Part shown: piece by piece, positions 1 to 8,550 of the stretch
Position numbering within the stretch: position 1 is the first letter of the stretch
Layout: each line of letters starts with the position of its first letter
DNA from: a virus
Taxonomy: Duplodnaviria > Caudoviricetes
Direction: 5' to 3' (one strand)
IMG/VR virus record: IMGVR_UViG_3300032770_000024
Location: 1-60,367 of that record
DNA: 60,367 nt
Notes under the pieces: model-generated
Seen by the model: the letters and a program-made list of their open reading frames with translations, nothing else
What the model was told of the DNA's origin: nothing
The model's database searches: none
Made by a program: the position numbers and the translations under genes

Positions 1-127
1 CTTCGTACATCTGGCGCAGCAACCTCCCCTAGCGCGAGTGACATAATCCAAATCGGGCCTTGTATTGGGCATTAAATAGGCGGCACGCCTTCAATCGCAC
101 CGCAAGGAAATCAGAATGGCAAATTAT
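1..127. repeat. 127-bp exact duplicate of 56885-57011 (circularisation/assembly fork); near-identity continues to ~498
   Basis: Base-by-base identity 1-127 = 56885-57011; first mismatch at 128 (G) vs 57012 (C). Confidence 0.95.
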
Positions 128-469
128 GCAAGTCCAACCTTCAACAATCTAACCTTATTGGGTTCATTTTCATACACGCCACAGGGGGCCGGTTTGGGCA
201 CAGATCACAGTGAAAATCCACCCGCGCCATTGACCGTTCTGGCCAGCGGCACAGTCTCTCATCCCGGCGCTCTTTATGTGATGAACCAGAGCGCTGCCAC
301 TATTCAGATTTGGCTTCAAGGCGCAACTGCACCTATCTTGCTCGATCCCGGCGCTGGTGCAGACCGTCAAGGTGGTGATTGGTCAGCGGTGATAAACATG
401 CCGTGGTTTGTCGGTACCTTTACGATCAACGGTGCTTCCGGCTCCCAGTTTTATGCCAACAGCAATTGA
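116..469 (+). CDS. Small virion/tail-associated protein, allele A (117 aa)
   Basis: AAGGA RBS; copy at 57000-57353 differs almost only at synonymous sites, so this frame is coding. Confidence 0.85.
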   Translation: MANYASPTFNNLTLLGSFSYTPQGAGLGTDHSENPPAPLTVLASGTVSHPGALYVMNQSAATIQIWLQGATAPILLDPGAGADRQGGDWSAVINMPWFVGTFTINGASGSQFYANSN

Positions 470-474
470 GGCAC

Positions 475-2505
475 ATGATGATTAGGAAATTCCTCCGCGC
501 ACTATCTGCCGCGCTTTTTCTCGCTGCGCCGATTTCCGCCAGTGCGGGCAATCCCCCTGTTTGGTCTGCCGCTGGCGTGTCTGGCGGGTTTGCGCCGCTG
601 AATGGGACTGCCGCCGGGACGCTGGGGTTTACGTCCGCCACGCCATACGCCTTCACTACGTCGCAAGCGCAGAGTTCCGCGACGCTGAACGAATTGGCGG
701 TTGCCAATTCTACCAATTTACAGGCCGGGCAAACGGTAGTCGGAACGGGTTTGCCGGCCGCCACTGTAATCTCCAGCATCGCGGGAAGCGGTGAAAACGT
801 CGAAAATGCGAACGGTTCATTTTTGGCGGGGCAACCGACAATCCCCCTGTCTAACACCGTCAAACTCGTTACGGGTATGCAGTGCACTGACGCGACCAAC
901 ACATCTGCGGTTCCGGCTGGGTCAATTATCACCAGCCTAAGCCCTGGCGTGAGCATTACGCTATCGAACAACCTGACGCAGAACAGCTCAGGTGCTTCGG
1001 ATTCGATCATATGCGACCCTGTGCTGACGCTCTCCAATAGCGCAACAAGCCCGCTGTCGGCTGGGGCTACTCTTTCCATTTACGATAACGCCACCATATC
1101 GTCTGGGAATATCGGCACCACCGGCACCATTTCTATCGGCGGGACAGTGGTGCTCGCAACCCCGTATCCGGGCGCACCGACGCAAGGCGGCCCGGTGCTC
1201 GTCGGGCCTGGAGCTGGGGCAGGCATAGGGCCAAATTCCGCCGGAACCACGTTTGTGGGCAATTCTGCGGGCGCGGCGGATAGCTCCGGCGTGGAAAATA
1301 CCGGCGTCGGCTGGCACTCTATGAACTTGCTGACCACCGGCAATTACAACACCGCTCTCGGCATCAACTCGATGGGCCATGATGTGCACGGCAGCAACAA
1401 CGTGGCGATTGGCGAGGACTCACAACGCAACACCACAAGCTCGACATGGAACGTCTCTATCGGCCCAAACGCCATGTATAGCGGGACCAGCACGGCAAGA
1501 AACATAGCGATTGGGCAGAACGCCCTTAACGGGCAAACATCTTCGGCAGAGGTGGATAATATCGCCGAAGGCTATTATTCTATGTCGTCCGGCTCCCTGA
1601 CGACCGCCTACCAAAACATCGGACTCGGTTCATACTCTTTCAACGCGCTTACGTCGGGCTACAACAATATCGGGATAGGCTATCAGGCGGAATACAGCCA
1701 GCTTACCGGGTACGACAATGTCGCTATCGGAACCGGCGCGGGATATGGCGGGACAAACACGGATTACGATATTTTTATCGGTCATAACGTCGGCCTGAAT
1801 ATAACAGGGAATGGCAACATAGCTCTGGGCGGCTACGCTATGAGCGGCGGCAGTGGAAGCGCGGGCGGAAATATCGCCATCGGATATAAAGCGGGGCAGT
1901 TCGTAGCCGGAAGCGCGGGGCTCAACAACGTTATGATTGGTTTCCAGGTAGGATATACCACGCTCCAAGGCGGCGGGAACAATATCCTCATCGGTACATC
2001 TGGATCGGTCGACGCCCAAACCTCATCACAGAACTACGGCGTTGACATCGGCAACGTCATCACAGGCTACCAGCAGGGCGCAACCAATCCGAACCTGTGT
2101 GTGATCGGAAGCCCTTGCATCCTCGGCGTGCGGCGTGGCGCGAACCTCAACAGTACGGCGGATCAAGCTATTACCGTTGCACCGCTGACCAGCGGTCAGG
2201 CCGGGTATATGCCCACGGCCAGCAAATACATCGTAACCGGCGTGTGGGTGGATAACTGTTCGGCGGCGTCTGGCACGGCGGCGGGCGGCATCTACACCGC
2301 CGCGAGCAAGGGCGGCACAACACTGGTGGCGGCAAGCCAGACTTATGGCAACTGCTCCAGCGCCACAACGATGCAGACTGCCACGCTGGCCGCCGCCGCA
2401 GCATCCAACACGCTCACGGCATCCACGCTGTACCTGTCCCTGACAACCGCGCAGGGAAGCGCCGATACGGGAGACGTGTATGTGTATGGCGTGCCGTTTA
2501 ACTGA
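475..2505 (+). CDS. Signal-peptide-bearing tail fibre/adhesin-like protein with YadA/Hep-Hag-like NxAIG repeats (allele A, 676 aa)
   Basis: GAGG RBS before ATG 475; MMIRKFLRALSAALFLAAPISASA leader; repeated NTALG/NVAIG/NIAIG/NIGIG motifs; G/S/T/A-rich. Confidence 0.7.
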   Translation: MMIRKFLRALSAALFLAAPISASAGNPPVWSAAGVSGGFAPLNGTAAGTLGFTSATPYAFTTSQAQSSATLNELAVANSTNLQAGQTVVGTGLPAATVISSIAGSGENVENANGSFLAGQPTIPLSNTVKLVTGMQCTDATNTSAVPAGSIITSLSPGVSITLSNNLTQNSSGASDSIICDPVLTLSNSATSPLSAGATLSIYDNATISSGNIGTTGTISIGGTVVLATPYPGAPTQGGPVLVGPGAGAGIGPNSAGTTFVGNSAGAADSSGVENTGVGWHSMNLLTTGNYNTALGINSMGHDVHGSNNVAIGEDSQRNTTSSTWNVSIGPNAMYSGTSTARNIAIGQNALNGQTSSAEVDNIAEGYYSMSSGSLTTAYQNIGLGSYSFNALTSGYNNIGIGYQAEYSQLTGYDNVAIGTGAGYGGTNTDYDIFIGHNVGLNITGNGNIALGGYAMSGGSGSAGGNIAIGYKAGQFVAGSAGLNNVMIGFQVGYTTLQGGGNNILIGTSGSVDAQTSSQNYGVDIGNVITGYQQGATNPNLCVIGSPCILGVRRGANLNSTADQAITVAPLTSGQAGYMPTASKYIVTGVWVDNCSAASGTAAGGIYTAASKGGTTLVAASQTYGNCSSATTMQTATLAAAAASNTLTASTLYLSLTTAQGSADTGDVYVYGVPFN

Positions 2506-2509
2506 CGCC

Positions 2510-2593
2510 GCCAACACCGTGACCGTGCGGGTATGTGCCATTGCAGCGGGAACACCTACCGCGTCCACGTATGATGTGTCGGTTAGTTACTGA
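2510..2593 (+). pseudogene. Orphan 3' stub of the allele-B tail gene (ANTVTVRVCAIAAGTPTASTYDVSVSY*)
   Basis: Near-identical to 59156-59239, the true 3' end of 57359-59239; begins 4 nt after the allele-A stop. Confidence 0.85.
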
Positions 2594-2636
2594 TGCCCCT
2601 TGCTCAATTACAACCCAGTCATGTAGAAAAGACAGC

Positions 2637-2870
2637 ATGAACGCGACAACCGGAACCGTAGTCGGGACTTCTGGAGCCAGCACAATGCTGGCAACTGTGC
2701 TTGTCTGGTTGCTCTCGCTTCGTGGCATTACCATACCCGACGATGTTGCGCTTGCCATGACAGGGCTATTCACAATGGCCGCGCATTACCTTATCGGCGC
2801 CCATATCCGAAATACCGCCATTGGTGCAGGCGGTACGCCTTCAACCGCACCGCAAGGAAATCAGTCATGA
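2637..2870 (+). CDS. Holin-like small membrane protein (77 aa)
   Basis: Two hydrophobic segments; ATGA overlap with the next gene; lies upstream of an endolysin relic. Confidence 0.55.
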   Translation: MNATTGTVVGTSGASTMLATVLVWLLSLRGITIPDDVALAMTGLFTMAAHYLIGAHIRNTAIGAGGTPSTAPQGNQS

Positions 2871-3166
2871 CCGTCGAAACCACCACGCAGACCATCGAAA
2901 CTATCGCCAATGCCGTTGTCGGGGCTGCCGCCGCTGCTGGCGTGCCGCACGCTGCCACCGCGCAGGCCGCTCTGTCCTCCGCTGAGACCGTCGCCAATGC
3001 CGTCGAGGCCGAGGCGCCGCATCACACCGCCGTGGCCGCCATCGGCGCTGGCGTGACTGCTCTGGCTAGCACTCCGATCGTGCAGACCAATACGCAGGCT
3101 GCTGCCGTTACAGGCATCGCTGCGTCGTTCTTCGCTTGGCTCAAGTCTGAGTTCGCCAAGCTCTAA
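2867..3166 (+). CDS. Ala-rich hypothetical protein with amphipathic C-terminus
   Basis: AAGGA RBS, translational coupling, ends FFAWLKSEFAKL. Confidence 0.7.
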   Translation: MTVETTTQTIETIANAVVGAAAAAGVPHAATAQAALSSAETVANAVEAEAPHHTAVAAIGAGVTALASTPIVQTNTQAAAVTGIAASFFAWLKSEFAKL

Positions 3167-3200
3167 TCCGGGTTGCGGTTCCCGGAGGGCTGAAAGGCCC

Positions 3201-3281
3201 GTGGCGGCGTTGCTGGCCGAAACGGATGATGGCTACAACGTGCTGGTTGGCAGCACGCCGTCTGCGGCTAGGGCTAATTAA
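3201..3281 (+). pseudogene. Fragment of a lambda-R-type endolysin
   Basis: Translates VAALLAETDDGYNVLVGSTP; resembles the DGYNVLVG segment of lambda-type lysozymes; only 26 codons. Confidence 0.6.
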
Positions 3282-3321
3282 GCGCCCCTTGCCGAATTAC
3301 ACACTATCCAGGTAGGATCAA

Positions 3322-3816
3322 ATGGCAACGCTTCCCTCTTCAGGTAGCCCTCCGCCGGGCACCCTCTACGGTTGGAATCCCAATAGCAGCACCTTTATTC
3401 CGCTGGCTATGGATGCCTACGGCAATCTCGGAGTTACCTTCAATTCAGGGGCTCCTGTTGGTACGCCGCCAGATGATATAGGCGCGAAGTTCGGTAATGC
3501 CCCGCCGGGCACCCTCTACGGCTGGAATTCTGCCCTTCAGTCCTATCTGCCGATTATCACCGACGCCTCGGGCAACCTGCTTTTCTCGGCGGCCATTAGC
3601 GACCTCTCGCAAGGTACAGTCATCCCGACAGGCCAAATGGCTGCGGTTACATTGGCCGCTGTCGCCTACGCGGCGCTTACCTCCAATCCGATCGACAACA
3701 CAGCCTTTAATATTCTAATGACCAACTGGTTCAACGCCCTTCCCACCAGCCCCACAGGTCAGGCAGTAGGCTCCTTCATTAATTCTGGCGGAACCCTGCA
3801 ACAAGTTCAACCGTAA
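3322..3816 (+). CDS. Tail-associated structural protein with internal duplication
   Basis: PPGTLYGWN...DAxGNL occurs twice; C-terminal LPTS..G..NSGGTL motif resembles phage fibre ends. Confidence 0.6.
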   Translation: MATLPSSGSPPPGTLYGWNPNSSTFIPLAMDAYGNLGVTFNSGAPVGTPPDDIGAKFGNAPPGTLYGWNSALQSYLPIITDASGNLLFSAAISDLSQGTVIPTGQMAAVTLAAVAYAALTSNPIDNTAFNILMTNWFNALPTSPTGQAVGSFINSGGTLQQVQP

Positions 3817-3837
3817 ACTTCAGAAGGAAAGTGTGAA

Positions 3838-4071
3838 GTGGATAGACAGCAAGAACACGAATTTGGTCCCGAATTTTCTGGCGAGTTGAAAGAGGTGGTT
3901 AAAGAGGCGATACAAGAGTGGCTGGATAAGCAGTACGCTACGTTCGGGAAATGGTCTCTTGCTGGGCTCTTTTCTATGGCACTCGCGGGGCTTCTCTGGT
4001 TCTGGATTAGCACTCACGGATTTGACACAGCGACGGCTTCGCAGTACGTGGGGCCGCCGGCCAAGCCTTAA
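3838..4071 (+). CDS. Small single-pass membrane protein
   Basis: WSLAGLFSMALAGLLWFWI hydrophobic helix; AAGGA RBS. Confidence 0.65.
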   Translation: MDRQQEHEFGPEFSGELKEVVKEAIQEWLDKQYATFGKWSLAGLFSMALAGLLWFWISTHGFDTATASQYVGPPAKP

Positions 4072-4075
4072 GAGC

Positions 4076-4117
4076 GGGTGGAGCTACTTTAATCCTCGAA
4101 GTAGCTCCACCCTTTTT
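4076..4117 (+). repeat. 13-9-13 palindrome copy 1 (also terminator-like, followed by T5)
   Basis: GGGTGGAGCTACTT-TAATCCTCG-AAGTAGCTCCACCC-TTTTT. Confidence 0.85.
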
Positions 4118-4178
4118 CTCTGTCTTCCCTTCTGCCAGCAGCCTTGCGCTTCCTCTTCCCACATGCTAGGCATTTGGT

Positions 4179-4520
4179 ATGCCGCTCGCTTCTCTCTACG
4201 CTGTGGAATTCCCCACCCCAGAAGCCCTGGATAAGTGGGCCTTTAACCACGCGCAGCACCACTACGCCATCGTTCGGGCGCTGCAAGCTCAGGGCGGCTC
4301 GCCCCACCTCTACCAGCTCTATCCCATGAATACCGAAGACTTGATGGCCTGGAACCTCGATCACGCCACCATGCACCAAGAGATGGACGCAGTGGCGAGC
4401 GAGAATTCCAATAATATGCTCACCGTCAACTTTGGCGATCCCAGCGAACTTCGTCAGTTCCTCTACTACAACTACCAAGAGCACTTGGCTGTGGCCAAGT
4501 TCTTAAACCTTAACGCATAG
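4179..4520 (+). CDS. Hypothetical His-rich virion-module protein
   Basis: 113-aa ORF in operon orientation; repeated HxxxH motifs. Confidence 0.7.
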   Translation: MPLASLYAVEFPTPEALDKWAFNHAQHHYAIVRALQAQGGSPHLYQLYPMNTEDLMAWNLDHATMHQEMDAVASENSNNMLTVNFGDPSELRQFLYYNYQEHLAVAKFLNLNA

Positions 4521-4530
4521 GACCCCACCA

Positions 4531-5136
4531 ATGGCCTCTGATCTTCCGCGCACTTCCTCCCCCAGTGCAAGCGCCGCAGCTCTTCTCGCCCCCCGCCGTC
4601 CAGCCCTGCCGCAGGTTCAGCAGATCAAGAAGGTTGATCTGGGTCCGCAGGACGTGGCTCCGGCGCAGCCTGATCCGCAACCGGCAATTCCTCACATGGT
4701 CCCCTGGATTGAGCAAGGGGAGAAGCAGGCAGTGTGGCGCCTTGGCGCTGCCGACACTGATGCGCTTCGCGCCAAAGCCTACCCGGCGCTCCAGGCCGTT
4801 TACCCCCACCTAGAGGATGGCGCTTTTGCGTACCTAATACTGTCCTCGCTGGGCCGCTCCGACAGCCGAGTACTTCGCGCGGAAAATGCCTTCGGCTACG
4901 CCTCTACACAGCAGACAGTCTACGATCCCCGACTGCAGGTGCAGGTACACTGGGTGGTGGGGCCGGCCGCTGAGGCGGCCCTTATCTATCAGGCTTTCGC
5001 TGAGTGGGCGCAAGAGATTCGAGCTGCCTCCCTGCAAGTGCTTCCCCTGCCAGGCACCAAGCTCAAGGACCAGATGGACCAGCTGGGCGCTTACAGCGTA
5101 GCTCCCATTTACTTCTTCGAGCTTCAAAATGGTTGA
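4531..5136 (+). CDS. Hypothetical protein, C-terminal GNAT-like fold
   Basis: AFAEWAQEIRAASLQV parallels AAEDWAKALGAVEV of the next gene. Confidence 0.5.
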   Translation: MASDLPRTSSPSASAAALLAPRRPALPQVQQIKKVDLGPQDVAPAQPDPQPAIPHMVPWIEQGEKQAVWRLGAADTDALRAKAYPALQAVYPHLEDGAFAYLILSSLGRSDSRVLRAENAFGYASTQQTVYDPRLQVQVHWVVGPAAEAALIYQAFAEWAQEIRAASLQVLPLPGTKLKDQMDQLGAYSVAPIYFFELQNG

Positions 5137-5548
5137 GCTTCGCCCGATGGTGGAGGCCGACTTGCCTGAAGCCATTGCCCTGGCTCAGACCAAGTACAAG
5201 AGGCAGCTTCCGCGCCTGACCTACGAGGGCGCTCGCGAGTTCTGCCTTCGCGCCTTCACTTCGCCTGAGTTCCTACTTATCCGGGGGGAAGATGTTTTTT
5301 ATTGCGCTGGCGCTACTCGCACTTTTATGGAGCCTGAAGTTACGGTTGGTTCTCTCTGGATTTTCTCCAAAAAGCCCAATACGCGGGAATTTCTGGGGGT
5401 TATTCGGGCGGCAGAGGATTGGGCGAAAGCTCTAGGCGCCGTAGAAGTCGGCTTTGGCAACATCTCTGACCGGGATTTCACACGGGTAGCGCGGCGGCTG
5501 GGCTACTACTCCAGTTCTCAGTATTTCACAAAGCGCTTGAGAGGGTAA
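5129..5548 (+). CDS. GNAT-family acetyltransferase-like virion-module protein
   Basis: ELRPMVEADLP start, EDWAKALGA, RRLGY; position just before ejection genes is typical of podophages. Confidence 0.7.
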   Translation: MVELRPMVEADLPEAIALAQTKYKRQLPRLTYEGAREFCLRAFTSPEFLLIRGEDVFYCAGATRTFMEPEVTVGSLWIFSKKPNTREFLGVIRAAEDWAKALGAVEVGFGNISDRDFTRVARRLGYYSSSQYFTKRLRG

Positions 5549-5549
5549 T

Positions 5550-6686
5550 ATGTCTCACGTTTTCGGCAAGGGCGGCGTCGGGGGCTTTCTTGGGCGCACC
5601 TTTTCAGCGAAGAACCTGGTTCCTGAGATCGCAACGATCGCCGGTGGAATTATAGGTGGGCCTATAGGAGCAGGTCTTGGTAATGTCGCTGGAAATCTTG
5701 TGGAAGGAAAGAGCCTTGGAAACGCGTTGAAAAGCGGTGCGATTTCCGGGGTGGAAGATGTTGCCCTTGGCGGCATTACCGGGGCAATAGGGAAGGCGGC
5801 AGGCGGCACCGGTACCGGAACCCTCATTGGCAATCTTGCCAACGATATAACTGGGGGCTCCTCAATCGTCGGCAACGCCATTAATACAGCGGGCGCGGAT
5901 CTCGGCATTGGCACAGCCGCCAGTGCAGCTGCTGGCGCTGGCACCGGGACCATTCTTGGTAACGCGATCAATAATATCGCTTCTACTGTGGGCCTCGGCG
6001 GAGTTACCGGCTCCGTTCTTGGAAATGCTGTTAATCAGGCAGGTGCGGCTGTTGGATTAGGTGGGGCTACTCCAGCGGCGGCAGCCGCACCCTCAACAGC
6101 ACAGCTGATCGCGCACACCGGCTCTGCCGCTGCAGATGCAGCCCTTGCTCCCGCTGCAGCCTCTGGCGGCGGGCTTGGCTCCCTTATCAGCGATGTAGGT
6201 GGTGACCTCGGTCTTTCTAAATCGGACATTCTTCCTGGAGCCCTACTCGGCTATACCATGCTTAAAGGGCAGCAGCAACTGCCAGGGCAATCCCAGATTA
6301 CTCAGGCGGCAGAGACTGCAGCACAGCAAGCGGCACAGCTTGAGGCCCCACTCACTTCCGGCGCCCCACTCCCTGGTGGCCTGTCCTCTGGCATCATGCA
6401 GGCCGCCGATGCGGCAAAAGCACAAATCCAGTCCAACTTCGCCAGTATGGGCCTTTCGGGCTCCACGCAGGAAGCGACCGCGCTGGCGCAGGTGGATCAG
6501 AACGCGCAAATTCAGACTGCGCAACTGGCGCAGCAGCTCTACACCGAGGGCGCGAACCAGGCCGGTGTCAGCACCGCGGACTACGCTACTACTATGCAGA
6601 CTGTAGCGCAGCAAGATGCCGCTTATCAGCAGGCACTGAACAACTTTGCGGCCGCACTGGGCGGCGGCACCACCAAGGCCGCATAG
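5550..6686 (+). CDS. Internal virion / DNA ejection protein (Gly/Ala-rich)
   Basis: GGIIGGPIGAGLG hydrophobic N-terminus, Gln-rich helical C-terminus, MGLSGS motif. Confidence 0.7.
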   Translation: MSHVFGKGGVGGFLGRTFSAKNLVPEIATIAGGIIGGPIGAGLGNVAGNLVEGKSLGNALKSGAISGVEDVALGGITGAIGKAAGGTGTGTLIGNLANDITGGSSIVGNAINTAGADLGIGTAASAAAGAGTGTILGNAINNIASTVGLGGVTGSVLGNAVNQAGAAVGLGGATPAAAAAPSTAQLIAHTGSAAADAALAPAAASGGGLGSLISDVGGDLGLSKSDILPGALLGYTMLKGQQQLPGQSQITQAAETAAQQAAQLEAPLTSGAPLPGGLSSGIMQAADAAKAQIQSNFASMGLSGSTQEATALAQVDQNAQIQTAQLAQQLYTEGANQAGVSTADYATTMQTVAQQDAAYQQALNNFAAALGGGTTKAA

Positions 6687-6695
6687 GAGGACTGG

Positions 6696-8543
6696 ATGGT
6701 TGGTTACACTTCTACGGCTCAAGTAGCACAAAGCGCGGCACCAAAGGCTCCGGCGGCTGCTCCGGCAGCACAAGCAGCGGGTACTGACCTCGACTCTCAG
6801 CTTTCGTCCCTCGAGTCCAGCGATCAGGCAGACCTTCAGACAATCGCCAAGGCGCAAGCGGCCATGCAGGCCTCCGCCCCTACCCTCACGCCCCCGCCTC
6901 AGCAGGCGCCCTCTAATCCGCTTCGCGCTTTCGGCAGCGCCGCTTCCCTCTTCGCCATCCTTGGCAGCTTAGTTTCCCGCGCCCCAGTGACCGCGGCACT
7001 TAATGCCAGCGCCAGCGCCATGAACGCGATCCACCAGAAGAACCTGGAAGATTACCAAATCCACTACAACAACTGGAAGCAAAGCACCGACTTCGCCCTC
7101 CAGCAGGCGCAGCTGCAGCAGCAGGCCTACCAGAATATCCTCGATAATGCGAAGCTGTCGCACAGTGAGAAGATGGACGCCATTAATGCGGCGGCTACCA
7201 TCCATCAGGATAAAGTCTCAGCTATGCACATGCGGAACTCCGACGCAATTGCCTTCCAGCAGTTGCAGATCGACCGCGCCAGCGCTGCAATGAACTTGCA
7301 GGTGCAGAAGGCCAATGTGCAGCGCACGCAATTTGATGAGTTTAACCAGAATCCTGCCCTTTTTACACTTCTCACACAGACGGGCGGTGGCTTCGATAAT
7401 CCGGCCTCTATTGTCAGTCAGGCGCAGGATGCCTATACTGGGGTGCAGAAGCTGAGTACGGCCAAAAGTCCGGTTTCCATCGACGGAACTTCTTACTCGC
7501 CGGAGGACTACAAGGCAGTAACGGCGCAAGGGGCCGATATTTCCAAGCTGACGCCAAAGCAGCAGCAGTTGGCAGCGCAAGTTTCAGCTGCTTCTGCCTA
7601 TGCCACATATCAGGCCTCACAGAACTCCGACTGGTCTTCCACTGTCGTCAATCCGGCGACCGGAATGAGCAATGCGGACGTTCATGCGCTGGCAATAAGC
7701 GACTGGCAAAGTGGGAATACCCGCCGAACCTTCCCAGACACTCAGCAAGGCAAGACAGCGGCCATGCTCTACAATAAAGCGCAGGCGCAGATTGAGGAAA
7801 CTCAGGGCGCTCCGGGGCAGTTGGACCCGAATACACTGAACTTTTACGTTCAAAGCTATATGGCTTCGGGTAAGCTGCCGCCGCTGCCGAAGGGGCCAAA
7901 GGGCTATGCGGAGAACAACCAAGTGATGCAAGCGGTGGCGAAGCAGGCCGCAGCTGAGAATATCACTCCAGGGGACATTATCTACAATGGGGTGAAGACG
8001 AAGGCCGTAACGGTGGGCCTGAGCCGCCTTACCACCACCTACTCTCAGCTCGATGCCGCCGATCAGACGGCTATGAGCAACATTCAATACGCGCTTTCTG
8101 TGCGTCCGCCAGATCTTGGCAATATTTCCCCGATCATGGTACAGGGGCAGTTGAAGCTAAACTACTTGGGCGGCGATAGGCAGACCCAGCAGTTCGTAAC
8201 CGCCCTTCAGACGGCGGTGGACGAGTACTCGAAGGTGGCTCAGGGCTCCTACGGGGCCGCCGGTACGACAGACTCAGCTAGAAACCTGGCGATGAGCATG
8301 ATTAACCCAGATATGACGGAAGATCAGCTGCAGGGAGCTGTGGAGGCAATGCAGAACGACATGCAGAATAAGAAGGCTGGGTATGCTATGGCGATCGGGT
8401 CGCTGGGCGGAGATCTGCCAGACCTTTCGGCGGGCTATGTGCCTGACTCTTCGCCAAATGCGGATGCTGGACCTTCTCAGCCTGTAGCTCCCTCCCCTGC
8501 TCCCGCACAGCCCTCGGCCCCTCAAACAAATCCCGCCTGGTAG
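6696..8543 (+). CDS. Internal virion / DNA ejection protein
   Basis: GGAGG RBS; 615 aa, Q/A-rich helical; synteny. Confidence 0.65.
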   Translation: MVGYTSTAQVAQSAAPKAPAAAPAAQAAGTDLDSQLSSLESSDQADLQTIAKAQAAMQASAPTLTPPPQQAPSNPLRAFGSAASLFAILGSLVSRAPVTAALNASASAMNAIHQKNLEDYQIHYNNWKQSTDFALQQAQLQQQAYQNILDNAKLSHSEKMDAINAAATIHQDKVSAMHMRNSDAIAFQQLQIDRASAAMNLQVQKANVQRTQFDEFNQNPALFTLLTQTGGGFDNPASIVSQAQDAYTGVQKLSTAKSPVSIDGTSYSPEDYKAVTAQGADISKLTPKQQQLAAQVSAASAYATYQASQNSDWSSTVVNPATGMSNADVHALAISDWQSGNTRRTFPDTQQGKTAAMLYNKAQAQIEETQGAPGQLDPNTLNFYVQSYMASGKLPPLPKGPKGYAENNQVMQAVAKQAAAENITPGDIIYNGVKTKAVTVGLSRLTTTYSQLDAADQTAMSNIQYALSVRPPDLGNISPIMVQGQLKLNYLGGDRQTQQFVTALQTAVDEYSKVAQGSYGAAGTTDSARNLAMSMINPDMTEDQLQGAVEAMQNDMQNKKAGYAMAIGSLGGDLPDLSAGYVPDSSPNADAGPSQPVAPSPAPAQPSAPQTNPAW

Positions 8544-8550
8544 AAAAGCC

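Noticed and set aside
379-474. Upstream starts of the 708-aa and 658-aa ORFs (379, 57263)
   Set aside because: They overlap the 117-aa gene; RBS and signal peptides point to ATG 475 and 57359
1-498. Physical direct terminal repeat
   Set aside because: The copy is internal, starts mid-gene, is exact for only 127 bp and is followed by 3.4 kb of further sequence
6699-6733. Additional 13-9-13 copy at the start of gene 6696
   Set aside because: Only 8/13 and 9/13 arm matches, and the spacer does not fit the consensus
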